Shown here piece by piece: positions 50,274-64,000 of a DNA stretch of 64,000 bases. Source of the stretch: Octopus sinensis (taxonomy: Eukaryota). Under the pieces are notes generated by a model. It worked only from the letters and a program-made list of their open reading frames with translations. It was not told where the DNA came from and did no database searches. The stretch lies in NCBI RefSeq assembly GCF_006345805.1, contig NC_043018.1, positions 5,394,001 to 5,458,000 of the forward strand. Reading direction: 5' to 3'. The translations under genes were made by a program, and so were the position numbers. Position 1 is the first letter of the stretch. The number at the start of each line of letters is the position of its first letter.

Positions 50274-50619
50274 CTATCTATCACCGCCCATCACTATCAC
50301 CGCCCTCACCGTCATCACCACGAAATCACCTTCACCACCACCACCACCACCTCCTCCAAATACGACAACAACAACAACAACAACAACCACTACCACCACC
50401 AACACACCCTCCACATATGTAATTCGAACACGAGACTTACTATAATGCATATCTAAGACAGGAATTCCAACGTATCAATTATGGCAATGTTTACCATTAT
50501 GCGCCGACCCCAAAGTTACCAAAAGTGTAGTCGTCCTGGAAGTTTCACTTTATTGAAATGAAACTTGCTTCCAACAACAACATTGTATAATATTATTTAT
50601 TTTAAAGGACAGTCTAAAT

Positions 50620-50627
50620 ATATACAT

Positions 50628-50719
<92 letters not shown>

Positions 50720-50825
50720 GAGCATGGAGAATGGGGTTCTATTGCTTATTTAGTAACCGTCGACTTCAAGGTTAAAGCCACCTGCTGTTAGTGGTAATGG
50801 TTGTAGCAGATGTAGTGTACGGGTG

Positions 50826-50908
<83 letters not shown>

Positions 50909-50959
50909 AATCTATCTATCTATCTATCTATCAATCTATCTATCTATCTATCTATTTAT

Positions 50960-51039
<80 letters not shown>

Positions 51040-51077
51040 CTATCTGTCCGTCCATCTATCTATCTATCTATCTATTA

Positions 51078-51126
<49 letters not shown>

Positions 51127-51220
51127 CTCTCTGTATACACACAACACATACACACTCACACAAACACACACACACATATAATATATATATCTATATGTAT
51201 ATATATATATATACATACAC

Positions 51221-51282
<62 letters not shown>

Positions 51283-51320
51283 TATACATGCATACACACA
51301 CACACACCACACACACACAC

Positions 51321-51353
<33 letters not shown>

Positions 51354-51570
51354 GTTTATATACATAAATATATATCATATATGTATGTAGGTGTGTGCTT
51401 GTACATCTATAGATTTATATATTTCATTCCCATTCACTCTCTCTTATATCTATATCTAAATATTTATGTATCTATCTATATGTACATAAACATATATACA
51501 TACGCACGCGCGTGCACACACACATACACACATACATACACATACATACACACACGCATAAGCACATATA
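50620..51570. repeat. (TA)n, (TATC)n and (CA)n microsatellites
   Basis: Visible directly. Confidence 0.95.
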
Positions 51571-52200
51571 ATTAGAAATGTTTATAGCATGAATATATGC
51601 ACACACATACTTCCACATATATAGGTGTACCTGTGTATGTACGTGTGTGCCTGTTTGTATGTGTGCATGTGTAAGGTAGTATGTGAAACCGGTTGTTTAT
51701 ACAGGTTTTATAATCATTTAAAATATCTGCTTTCGGATTTCTCATTCGATCTAATTGAAGACGAATGCACTTCCAACTACTCACCAAACCTTATGTATAC
51801 ACGGAGACATATATACATACACACCTTTATAATACATACATAAATATATATATGATATGATGTCGCCAACGACAGACGTAGAGGCATAGAGGACAGTTAA
51901 GAAAATACATGTTTGTATATTTTGTGCTATGGCGCCCTCAATCAAGTCTACAGCTGTATTAGATTTGTCATGGTGTTATGTAATAGAAAACCTTTTTACT
52001 CAGGAACGTATTGTTATTCTGACTAGATTATAAAAATATTGGCAGACGTGTCGCTTATGCAACCACCCCACTTCTTTTTTCAAACGTTTCTTCGGATTTC
52101 TTTGTTCTTCGACAATTTTCAACAATTTTGATTTCCCCATGGGTGCAGGTTTAAACTGTTTGGTTAAGAGACCGTTAGAATAAGTACCGCTTTTGCATTA

Positions 52201-52535
52201 TCTTACCATAACGGGCGTTATGTCCGTCTGTCTGTTCTCTCTTCGCGGTCAAACTGCTGGATCAATGGTCACGATGTTTTTCGGGATTACAAAGGAGGTA
52301 ATCAGGAAGGGTTTTAGCGAAAAAAAAATGGGAAAAAGTATGATTATTTAGTGAATATTGAGCTTTGTATTAATAAATTACCTTTGATTTTTTTTGTTAA
52401 AATTCCGGCGACGAGAATTAATTCTGGATCTCCCCACCCCGTATAATTCGTGAATTTAGAGGGTTTAGATTTGCGATACTATTCCTTTATTTCCCATCGT
52501 AGATGGGCAGATTTGGTATCTTACTATAATGGGCG

Positions 52536-52593
<58 letters not shown>

Positions 52594-53091
52594 ATGTGTG
52601 TGTGTGTGTGTGTGTGTGTATGCTTTCTGCGCGTGTGCGTGTGTATAGGAGAGAGAGAGAGAAAGAGAGAGAGAGAAAGAGAGAGAGAGTGAAAGAGAGA
52701 ACCAAAGAACTCAGGGACACAGATGAGCAGACAAAGACTTGTACAAAAAAATGTGAGAGGAAGAGAAATGAGAGAGGAGAAAGAGAGAAAGAAGGAGAGG
52801 GAGAGAGAGATGAAAGAGAGGAAAGGCTGGACCAATGGTTACGATATTTTTCGGGATTCCAAAGACAGTCATCCGGAAGGTTTTTAGCTTTTAAAAATCA
52901 GAAAGTATGATTAATTCGGGTATATCGATTTTTTAATTGATAAACCCACCTTCGCATTTTTATTAAAAATTCACCGACCACGAGTAACTGGATTTTCATC
53001 GTATAGTTCGTGGCCCCATCGTAGATACGAAGGGGTCACGAGGACGGTTAACAGCGAAAATAAAACGGAAAAAGTGGGTATCGGTATATAG
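52201..53091 (+). mobile_element. Head-to-tail dimer of a non-autonomous Helitron
   Basis: A|TCTTAC(C/T)ATAA(C/T)GGGCGTTAT starts at 52201 and 52519; hairpin CCCATC-GTA-GATGGG at 52493-52507; shared CTGGA.CAATGGT.ACGAT body. Confidence 0.7.
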
Positions 53092-53859
53092 TGCGTAATT
53101 ATTTAGTGGTTATTGAAGCGTGTCAGTCTCGAGCACGATTCGAAATGGCTAATCAAAGCGGCTGTTGTTTACATCTCAGTTTTATCAATCAAAATAACCC
53201 ATGGTACCAGAACATCCAGACATTATTCACATAGAACAGTGAGAGGTAAGTCTTAGTTTGATATTTTGGAACCCTAAAGATTCTGCTCACAGCAATTCAC
53301 AGCAAACAAGGAACAGGACCAGATTTTAGATCGTGTAGGTGTATTTTTACCTACTCTGATGTTTACGTCGGTATGGGTAGAGGAACGGACTCCAGTAATT
53401 TGAAAATTAGTGTCAACCAAACAGAAAATATCGTCTACAAAGAAGTTTTATAATCATATTGATATTACCGAAAGGAAAATGATTCATAATTTAAAAAAGG
53501 AAATTTGTGAACGTTGAATGTATAAGAATATAAACAAGCGTAAAATAGTGTAAACATCTGAAATAAAAGTATAAATAACATTTTTTTCTGAATACTTTTT
53601 ATGTAGTGGTCGAAGGAAACTCTAGGAAACTCTAGAGTGGTCCTCATAAACGTTCATGATACAGAGGCTGGGACCCTATTTCAGTTCGGAAGTGAATCGT
53701 CATCACATGTCACTTAGTCACAAACACATGTCGTATAGCTGCAATAGAATGCTGTATCACCAACAATAATGTGACTTCTCTAAGACATCACCCAGTAAAT
53801 CTATCAAGTCCATTTACAAATTTCTCAATGTATACTGCTGTTATGACTTCTCTCCCTCA

Positions 53860-53895
53860 TCTTACGCATCCATCGTAGATGGGTAGATTTGCTAG
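53860..53895 (+). mobile_element. 36-bp minimal Helitron
   Basis: A|TCTTAC-GCAT-CCATCGTAGATGGG-TAGATTTG-CTAG|T. Confidence 0.55.
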
Positions 53896-53900
53896 TAATA

Positions 53901-53969
<69 letters not shown>

Positions 53970-53981
53970 TAATAATAATAA

Positions 53982-54536
53982 ATGCCCTGATGCAGTACCA
54001 GGCAGTGGATCTCATGGCTGCTGATCTTAACTGATTGGAAGTGTTATCATGTACATTGTTTTATCTTGGTATAAAAGATGAGCTACAGTAAATATTCTGC
54101 TCAATACCACAGATTTGCTTGTCAGTTGTTTGACCTCAACCAGTTGAGCATGTCCCTCAGTGGCTGACGATATGTGCATCTCTGATCACGAGCAGAAGTA
54201 GTCGGGGAGCATCATAGCCATGTGTTGAGAGGGATTCTTTGGGGTTTGGATAATTCACCTTTGGAAACATGGGTGTTTCGTTCAACATCCTTAAACAATC
54301 CTTATTCAAGGACCTTTTGAGCGGGTTGGGCTACTCGACCAGAAGAAAATTCTAACTGGGCCCCACCTGCAAGGTCATGTGCTGTTTATTTTGATATGAG
54401 ATCACCATGTCTCACACATATGGTTGAGATGCATGTGTCTGGTGTACCCTTATCAGACGGGTAGTCATGATGGGTATACAGGGCTTCGTATATTTTACCA
54501 CAGCGTCACTTTGATGGCATGCACTGCTCTTCACAC
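53982..54536 (+). mobile_element. Non-coding (TAA)n-targeted element E, copy 2
   Basis: ATGCCCTGATGCAGTACC...GCATGCACTGCTCTTCACAC between (TAA)n arrays. Confidence 0.8.
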
Positions 54537-54646
<110 letters not shown>

Positions 54647-54654
54647 TAATAATG

Positions 54655-54716
<62 letters not shown>

Positions 54717-54924
54717 AAGAAGAATGATGCTGGTGCAGATGATGATAATAAATACGGGGGTCGATCTGTACAACTAAAACTCTTCAAGATCGTGCTCCAG
54801 CATGATTGAAACAAGTGAAAGGTAAAAGATACTTACCCCCGTTTTGTTTGTTTGTTTGTTTTTCAATTTTCCCGATTTTTAAAAGAAAAAGAATTTTACG
54901 AAGAAAATTCCGATTCTAAAAGTA

Positions 54925-55340
54925 TTCATACTATCCCTTTTGCTTACTTCAGTCATTAGATTGCGGCCATGCTGGGGCCTCTGCCTCGAAGGGTTTATTT
55001 TTGGCGAACAAATCACCGCCCCCAAGTATTTATGTTGTTTTCTTTTTCTTGTTTTAAAGTCTGGCACTTCTATCGGTGTCCCTTGGTGAACCGTTATGTT
55101 ATGGGGACGTAAACGAACCGATACCGGTTATCGAGTGGTTGGTGGGAACAAATACAAGCACAAATACACACACGCATACACGCACGTACACACACAGCCA
55201 CACACACACACACACACACATCACACACATGATGGTTTTCAACACAGTTTCCATTTACCAAATTCACTCACAAGGCATTAGTTGGCGCTGGGTCATAATG
55301 GAAGACACTTGCCCAAGGTGCTGCGCAGTGGGACTGAACC
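54925..55340 (-). mobile_element. Diverged SINE family A
   Basis: GACACTTGCCCAAGGTGCTGCGCAGTGGGACTGAACCC on the plus strand. Confidence 0.7.
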
Positions 55341-55669
55341 CGAAACCGCATGGTTGCAAGGCGATATATACAATAGTATATATACAATATATACAAAAGA
55401 CGATATATACAATGTCTGCGCGTATATATAATAGTTGAATGAAGACATCTGAGACATTCCTGAGATTTGATCTCAAGAATGTTGAAGAATTCAATTAAAC
55501 GCCACAAGGTATTTCCCTTGGGTGATCTGGCATTTGTTCCAGTCGACCATTTTTAATTTTAATAACATTTCCTGATATTGACACAGATAGGGTTATTTAT
55601 TGTATTTGAAGGGTAACAAATACAGGTCAATGAATTGACTGGGTACAGTTGGTCGGGTAGACAGGCATA

Positions 55670-55677
55670 TATCTATC

Positions 55678-55730
<53 letters not shown>

Positions 55731-55733
55731 ATA

Positions 55734-55773
<40 letters not shown>

Positions 55774-55832
55774 AGAGAGAGAAAGAGAGAGAGAGAGAGA
55801 AATGGACAGATAGAGATATATGGACAGATAAC

Positions 55833-55889
<57 letters not shown>

Positions 55890-56089
55890 GTAAATAGATA
55901 GATAGACAGATGGATATATAGATAGATAAATAGATAGATGGGCAGATAGATAGATAAATAGAGAGAGATAAAGAGGGATAGGTATATAGACAGAGAGATA
56001 AACAAGCAAACAATTAGATACATAGGCAGACAATCAAATAAATAGGCAGACAAGCAGGCAGAGATAGATAGATAGATAGATAGGTAGAT

Positions 56090-56121
<32 letters not shown>

Positions 56122-56157
56122 GTAGATATAGATAGATAGATAGATAGATAGACAGAC

Positions 56158-56219
<62 letters not shown>

Positions 56220-56284
56220 GCAGATAGATAGGTACGTATGTATGTAGGTTGGTTAGTTGATAGATGGGTAGGTAAATAGATATT

Positions 56285-56355
<71 letters not shown>

Positions 56356-56415
56356 GGAAGGATAGAGACATAGTGAAGTAGACAGACAGATAGAGGTAGC
56401 TAGATATATATAGTC

Positions 56416-56461
<46 letters not shown>

Positions 56462-56481
56462 AGACAAATTGGTAGACGACA

Positions 56482-56521
<40 letters not shown>

Positions 56522-56791
56522 GTGTGTGTGTGTGTGTGTATGCTCGCTGCACGTGTGCGTGTGTATAAGAGAGAGAGAGAGGGGGGAGAGAACCAAAGAA
56601 CTCAGGGACACAGATGATCAGACAAAGACTTGTACAAATGTTGGAGAAAAATGTGAGAAGAAAAGAGAAGTGAGAGAGAAGGAGAGAGAAGGAGAGGGAG
56701 AGATGAAAGAGAGGAAAGGGGGAGCCTAAAGACAAAGTTAGAAAGATGAAAAGATAAACGAGATAAAGAACATATAAATATATATATATAT

Positions 56792-56822
<31 letters not shown>

Positions 56823-56845
56823 CATGCATATGTATATGTGTATAT

Positions 56846-56892
<47 letters not shown>

Positions 56893-56940
56893 TATATATA
56901 TATATATTATATATATATAATACACACACACATAGATATA
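55670..56940. repeat. (GATA)n, (TA)n and (GA)n microsatellite field
   Basis: Visible directly. Confidence 0.95.
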
Positions 56941-57161
56941 TAGAAACGGTAAAAGAAGAAGCTACACCGGTGTTGAAATCCCAGGAGAGGTTGTCGTCAT
57001 AGAGATGTCAGTGGATGCAATTACAGTTTGGTTTGTTTCAACAACAGACCTGAAGCTGGTTAAAGAATTGAACCAAAAGGTTTGGATTATTCATGTGGGG
57101 ATTGGAATTTATTGTTCTTCGGTATGGTACTACAGTCTTACACAAATATGCAACAACAACG

Positions 57162-57193
<32 letters not shown>

Positions 57194-57239
57194 AACAGCA
57201 ACAACAACAGCAATAATTGAAAAACAACAAAAAAGAAAA

Positions 57240-57340
57240 TAGGCAAAACATCTCAGCTCAGAAGAACATGAATAACTAACTTTTACATTACGCCGTTCAT
57301 ATGACTTTGGTGTTGTGTTGTTGCTGAAATATGACAAACA
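57240..57340 (-). pseudogene. Possible Penelope-type fragment
   Basis: YERRNVKVSYSC resembles the PLE motif FNRNTVKVSYSC. Confidence 0.3.
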
Positions 57341-57562
57341 AAATATAAACAATTACAACAGTAAAAGCAGGAACAGCAGCGCAGCAGCAGCAATCTTATT
57401 TGCATTTGTATATTTATCAAGTGGGAAAGAAAGTCCTGTTACATGTTTTGACATGGTTATTTTGTCACAAGGCCAGCCATTTCTTAATCGTTTACTTCGG
57501 ATTCCACTCACATCTAAAGTCTGGTCGCATACTTTATTTTAAGCAATCACTTACTGTTTTAC

Positions 57563-57921
57563 CCTTTTACTTGTTTCAGTCATTTGACTGTGGCCATGCT
57601 GGGGCACCGCCTTTAGTCGAGCAAATCGACCCCAGGACTTATTCTTTATAAGCCTAGTACTTATTCTATCGGTTTCTTTTGCCGAACCGCTAAGTTACGG
57701 GGACGTAAACACACCAGCATCGGTTGTCAAGTGATGTTGGGGGGGGGGACAAACACAGACACACAAACATATACACACACACATACATAAATATGTATAC
57801 ATATATGCGACGGGCTTCTTTCAGTTTCCGTCTACCAAATCCCCTCACAAGGTTTTGGTCGGCCCGAGGCTATAGTAGAAGACACTTGCCCAAGGTACTA
57901 CGCAGTGGGACTGAACCCGGT
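57563..57921 (-). mobile_element. SINE family A
   Basis: Reverse complement of the family sequence. Confidence 0.85.
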
Positions 57922-57969
57922 TCGCCTATATGTTTATAATAAGGATATTTCACCTTTCATAATTCTTTC

Positions 57970-58441
57970 TACATTAGGCACAAGGACTGAAATTTTAGGG
58001 AATTTTAGGGAATTTTAAGGTTCAATCGGCACTTTTTTATCTACCCCGAGAGAATGAAAGGCAAAGTCGACCTCGGCGAAATTTGAACTTAGAACGTAAA
58101 ACCAGAAGAAATACTACTCAGCATCATAATCTTTTCTACTATAGGCGCAAAGCCTGAATCTTTGGGGGAAAGATCAAGTCGATTTTATCGATCTCGGAAG
58201 GATGAAAGGCAAAGTCGACCTCGGCAGAATTTGAACTCAGAACGTAAAGACGGACGAAATGTCGTTTAGCATTTTGCCGCGCGCGCGAATGATTCTGCCA
58301 GCTCACTTCAATAATAATTATAATACTCCTTTCTACAATAGACACAAGGCCTGAAACCTAGTGGGAGGGGGATAGTCGGTTACATTGACACCAGTACTCA
58401 ACTGGTACTTATTTTATCGACTTCGAAAGGATGAAAGGCGA
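57970..58441 (-). mobile_element. Three partial SINE family C copies
   Basis: Repeated GAAAGGATGAAAGGCAAAGTCGACCTCGGC. Confidence 0.75.
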
Positions 58442-59049
58442 AGAAGCGCATTGTGGTCATCCGATAGACTGACCGATACGGTTTGCCGATATTTTACGAG
58501 TCCAAACTCGTCTAAACTCGTCAACGTGTTTTTCTTTGCAAGGTCTACCACTTTGTCTGACGTCTCCGTGGCAAATAAAAGAAAGCATTATCAAAATTAT
58601 GGCAGAGTGGCTAACAAGCTCGCTTTGCAGCCACCTGGCTTCGGATTCAATTTTAGTGCACATAACCTTGGTCAAGAACCGACTTATGGCTTTATAAGTG
58701 AATCTGGTTATCAGAAACTTTGTGGAAGCCCGTCGAATATATATTTTGAAAAGTTTTAACTGAAGAAGATCTTGCACAATGGATACATTTTCTATTATAT
58801 ATTACATAAAACCGAGACGTGCGTATTAAATGATTTCAAAATGTTATTTGTTGTCGAATTTGTTGAGGTTGCTGCTGATGTTACGCAGTTCTTCTCCTTC
58901 ACCTTTACCCTTTCTCCTGCTTGTAAGTCATAAGCATCGACATGCTAGCAAATTTAGCGAAATATTCAGTTAAAAATAGAAAAATATTGCGAAGGAATTT
59001 TATTTTTATCGTCTACAAACCAGTTGTGACACAGATTACGTTGCCACCA

Positions 59050-59745
59050 ACCCATCATCGCCACCACCACCACCATTACCACCACCATCATCTTTGTCAT
59101 ATCACCAACCATTAATCACCATCAATCACCACTATCACCACCACCTCCATCACCATCTTCAACATCATCATCTTTATCATATCACCACCATAACCATCAT
59201 CGCCACAAGCGTCATCACCATCACCACGACCACTACCATTTTCGTCTGTAACCCCCCACCCCACCTTCCACCACCACCACCGCTACCACCACGCCGCCGC
59301 CGTCACCATAACTATCATCTTAATCTCAATATCACCACCACTATAATCGTTATCAGTACCTCACCGCCGCCGTCATCCCATGACTATTACTACTGACCAA
59401 GCGCTGCCGCCACCACCAAACACCTGTTACACTTATCACTGACACTTCTCCCCACCCCGCCACACGTACATCAACCCAAATATCAAAATAATTATCAGAT
59501 CATCACCACCACCACCATCACCACCACCGCCACCTCCGTAACCATTACAACCACCGCCACTATAACTACAACAACATCAACATAGATACCACCACCAACA
59601 CCGACAACCACCATCACCGCAATCACCACTACCACCACAACAACCACTGCCACTACTACAGCCTCCACTGCCAATACTACAGCCTCCACTGCTGCCCCAC
59701 CGCCACATACCACCGCCACACATCACCACCACCACCATCACCATC
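59050..59745. repeat. (CAC/CAT)n low-complexity tract
   Basis: Visible directly. Confidence 0.9.
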
Positions 59746-59919
59746 TAAAATCGGCTGAGTAGTGGTAGGGAAGGCTGGAGTTCTGTAGTGTTGGTGAAGC
59801 TTCCTTTTAAATAGTAGGGTAGGATTTGAAAGGGATTTAGCTGCTGATTGTTGCAGGTCAAATGGTTTATTAATGACTATACACATCAGTGATTGCTAGA
59901 AAGTTCTCTTCCAAGGCAC

Positions 59920-60267
59920 AAGTCCCGGTAACGGTCCCCTTCGGTCATAACTGACTATGGCATCGTACGTAGCAACTTACCCTCCTAGGCACACGTCTGG
60001 GCAAAGTTGTTTTATAGAAGACTGGCAGTCACCCATGCATTACAACATCCCCTCTCCACGCCGCTGATGTTATCCAAAGGGAAGGCAAAGGGGCCGATAC
60101 AGCTTGGCACCAGCGAAGTCGCAACTCATTTCTACAGCTGAGTGAAATGGAACGACGTGAAATAAAGTGTCTTGCTCAAGAACACAACACACAGCCTGTC
60201 CGGGAATCGAACTCACTACTATATGATTGTGAGTCTGACGCTGTAATCACTGAGCCATGCGTCTTCA
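59920..60267 (-). mobile_element. SINE family B2 head with tail type v
   Basis: Minus strand GCATGGCTCAGTG...GAGTTCGATTCCCGG...TTCTTGAGCAAGACACTTTATTTCACG. Confidence 0.75.
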
Positions 60268-60540
60268 GAGAGGTCATACGAACTCCGGTTAAGACCCATT
60301 GGGTATACATGGTGGTAAAGATGATGGAGCGAGGAAGTGTAGTTGAGGAATCTTGCTCATGTGTGCAGTACATAAATGGAATCAAAGCAGAGTTTCATAA
60401 AATGTTTGATTTAGCGTATTTTGTTTACTTCATGTTATGCTATGCTGATGAGGTTTAGAAAAGGATGAAATGGCGTAGTACATGGCTACTAACGATTGGA
60501 AATTTGAAGATTTTATAATGTGTAGAGAAAAAAAAATTTT

Positions 60541-60700
60541 GCAGGAGTGGCTGTGCAGTAAAATTTTGTTTCCTAACCACATGGTTCCAAGTTCATTTCC
60601 ACCGCGTGGCACCTTGGCCAAGTGTCTTCTAATATAGCCTCGAGCCGACCAAAGCTTTGTGAGTGGATTTCGTAGACGAAAACTGTAAAAAGCTCGCCAC
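60541..60700 (+). mobile_element. SINE family A, 5' half
   Basis: Head and CORE-like segment. Confidence 0.75.
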
Positions 60701-60904
60701 ACCTTCTAATTTCTAATTTGCAATCCTACCTTTACTTAATCCAGAAGAAACTGTCTCCCTTATGAAAGCTGACCAACAGGGGCACACCAGCTGTATGAAA
60801 ATATTGTTGGTTTCTTCGGCAAAATTGCTGCTTCTAGAACCAGACTGTCTAGATATGCAACTATATGCATGGGAATACACACAGAAAATAAAACATACAA
60901 ATTT

Positions 60905-60939
60905 GCATACATACATACATACATGCATGCATACATACA

Positions 60940-60973
<34 letters not shown>

Positions 60974-61069
60974 CATACATACATACATGCATACATGCAT
61001 GCATACATACATACATACATACATGTATACATACATACATGCATACATACATACATGCATGCATACATA

Positions 61070-61105
<36 letters not shown>

Positions 61106-61476
61106 TATATATACATACATACATGCATGCATACATACATACATACATGCATGCATACATACATAATACATATACATACATACATACATACATGCGTACA
61201 TACATACATACATACATGCATACATACATACATACATGCATACATACATACATGCATACATACATGCATACATGTATACATGCATACATACATGCATACA
61301 TACATGCATACATACATGCATACATACATACATATATGCAGATATACATACATACATGCATGCACACATACATATATGCAGATATACATACATACATACA
61401 TACACATATGCATACATACATACATACATACATACGTACGTACATACATACATACATACATACATACGTACATACA

Positions 61477-61509
<33 letters not shown>

Positions 61510-61560
61510 CCATACATGCATACATGCATACATACATGTGCGTGCATGTGTGTGTGTATA
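60905..61560. repeat. (TACA)n/(TGCA) microsatellite
   Basis: Visible directly. Confidence 0.95.
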
Positions 61561-61869
61561 TATAATCCGGGTAATAACCAACAGGATGTTACTCGTTACT
61601 ACATCCTAGAATATCGATGCAGCAGAAACACGTGTCAGACAGAGTTTTAAAGAGAATATATTGTATATATGACTATAATAAACAAATTTTAATGGATGTA
61701 TAATTCTCCATCTTTAGGCGGGTGTGCGTCCAATAACACTATACTTGTTCCACGTCCTCGCGTTATTGTGTTTTCTCTTTGTGTTTTCATGTTTGGATTA
61801 ACTTTATATAGATAGATAGATAGATAGATAAACGGATAGATAATAGATAGAAAGATGGAAAGATAAACA

Positions 61870-62262
61870 AGGCGCAGGAGTGTGAGGTAAGTAGCTTGCT
61901 TACGAACCACATGGTTCCGGGTTCAGTCCCACTGCGTGGCATCTTGGGCAAGTGTCTTCTTGCTATAGCCCAGGGCCGACCAATGCCTTGTGAGTGGATT
62001 TGGCAGACAGAAACTGCAAGAAGCCTCTCGTATGTATGTATATATATATATGTGTGTGTGTATGTGCTTGTCCCCCTAGCATTGCTTGACAACCGATGCT
62101 GGTGTGTTTACATCCCCGTCACTTAGCGGTTCGGCAAAAGAGAGACCGATAGAATAAGTACTGGGCTTACAAAAGAATAAGTCCCGGCATCGATTTTCTC
62201 GACTAAAGGCGGTGCTCCAGCATGGCCGCAGTCAAATGACAGAAACAAGTAAAAGAGCTAAG
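61870..62262 (+). mobile_element. SINE family A, full copy
   Basis: Colinear with the other copies. Confidence 0.85.
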
Positions 62263-62290
62263 AGCAAGTAGATAAGTAGATACGTGCATT

Positions 62291-62326
<36 letters not shown>

Positions 62327-62633
62327 GCATGTGCGTGTGTACATACGGACACGTACAAATAGCATGGCCTTGGGCTTGCCGGCCTCATACAGTCGAACAA
62401 ATAAAGAACATCATCTATGCTTCTGCGCATAAACTCTTATGGGAGTATATACGCAAACATGCACGAATACTTATACACACTGACATATATGCAAAGAAAT
62501 TTATATACAAATAAGGTGTGTATAAGCATGTGCGCGTCTATATATATAGATATTTATTCATGGGCGTATTTGTGCGCGAACGCGTATGTATGTGTATGTG
62601 TGATTGGGAAATGCATGTCTGTTTGTGTGTGTG

Positions 62634-62703
<70 letters not shown>

Positions 62704-62818
62704 GTATATATATATATGTATATATATATGCAGATATATAAACACAGAACATATTTTTATATTCCTTGTTCTCAGGATCCTTACATATTTTCTTTATGTG
62801 TGAAAATAAATTCGCATT

Positions 62819-62850
<32 letters not shown>

Positions 62851-63059
62851 GCTTTCTTTCTTTTCTCGTCATCTTTTTTTTTGCAAGAAAAACAACGCGA
62901 TAAAAATAAATATACGCATAAAGATATCTGAGTATATAAATATCTGTGTATGTATGTATGTATGAATGTATGTATGTATGTATGTATGTATGTATGTATG
63001 TATGTATGTATCTATGTATCTGTCTGTCAATATGTCTGTCTGTCTGTCTGTCTGTCTGT

Positions 63060-63103
<44 letters not shown>

Positions 63104-63424
63104 CTATCTATCTATGGACGTGCTGTCACCTCGGCTCCGAAGGTAATCGTTTTTATTTTGACTATTTATAGCCCATATTTTGTGTACATTATTGCAAATA
63201 AGGTGTGTAAGGCACCCAACTTTCGTTTGAGTGCTTTTCCAAGGGAGGAATTCGCCCCTAGTGGCAGTTTCAACCCTGTTTCATTTCTGTAATTTTCTTC
63301 ACGACATTAGAAAATGTCGAGAAATTTTATTGTAGAACGCTGGTCGCGTTCTTTAATGGACCAGCATTTTCCTAGTCTGCAAACGCTAGGAGAAAAAAAG
63401 AACGTACGCACGCAAAGTGCAAAC

Positions 63425-64000
63425 ATGAATATCGGTGGAATGAACGCTGCAACCACGTGCGGTAACAGCCCTGTCACCACCACCACCACCACTAACAACA
63501 GCAACCACGAGACTACTACTGCTACCGCCACCACCTCCACCACCACCACCACCACCACCACTACCACGACCAACATAAATGATAAAAATAAAACTCACAC
63601 GAAAACTATTGACAAAAACAACAGCAACAACAAGAACAACAATAAAAATGAACTATCTAATAGTGAAGATGTTAATACAAAAAAATCAACAACACCAGTA
63701 AATTTCGCTGACGCTCTTCGCCAGAAGAAGGAGATTGTAACATTTACAAATGAAGAGCTCATAGAAACAAGAGCTCTCTTTACAACCCGTGGACAAGATT
63801 TAGTGCTGCATACACCTCAACACATAAAGCAAGAAATAGAAAATAAGACAATTATTTATAAAATTATAAGAAAAAACAAAAAACTAAATGAACAGATTAC
63901 AAAAACGGATGTAGAAAAATGCTTAAAAAACATAATGAAAGAAAAAGAATATATAAACTGGGGTCCCCAGTTTAACACAGTAGTGGTCCGCTTCCATAAC
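63425..64000 (+). CDS. Open frame running off the window; probable LINE ORF1 (Tx1/L1-like)
   Basis: ATG at 63425, 192 stop-free codons, not in the ORF track. Thr/Asn-rich N-terminus, PVNFADALRQKK, then ..ITKTDVEKCL...WGPQFNTVVVRF (RRM-like). Confidence 0.55.
   Translation, partial: MNIGGMNAATTCGNSPVTTTTTTNNSNHETTTATATTSTTTTTTTTTTTNINDKNKTHTKTIDKNNSNNKNNNKNELSNSEDVNTKKSTTPVNFADALRQKKEIVTFTNEELIETRALFTTRGQDLVLHTPQHIKQEIENKTIIYKIIRKNKKLNEQITKTDVEKCLKNIMKEKEYINWGPQFNTVVVRFHN

Noticed and set aside
58457-58600. Transposase-like DVRQSGRP peptide
   Set aside because: A single short motif with no TIR or catalytic residues.

Overview
Eukaryotic, AT-rich, microsatellite-saturated non-coding DNA made almost entirely of transposable elements. 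The repeat repertoire suggests a cephalopod (octopus-like) genome, which is an inference. No host protein-coding gene is supported, and most ORFs in the track are microsatellite artefacts. Retroelements: several R4/Dong-type LINEs (RT plus restriction-like endonuclease), all inserted in (TAA)n arrays and forming a nest at 30.8-38.3 kb; a Penelope-like element (RT plus GIY-YIG) with an inverted terminal duplication at 41.7-44.5 kb; RTE and Tx1/L1-like fragments; a LINE ORF1 running off the right edge; and at least four tRNA-derived SINE families in dozens of copies. DNA elements: two mariners, a DD41D (rosa) element, a Tigger/pogo derivative with an internal 4x179-bp array, a three-copy MITE with 8-bp TSDs and telomere-like repeats, and two Helitron families. 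Most notable: (1) type-I hammerhead ribozyme folds with palindromic helix III in three unrelated (TA)n-anchored elements, one with a U3-A8 covariant core; (2) a ~550-bp non-coding element that targets (TAA)n; (3) head/tail swapping among SINEs; (4) a 36-bp minimal Helitron. All RNA folds and alignments were done by eye.
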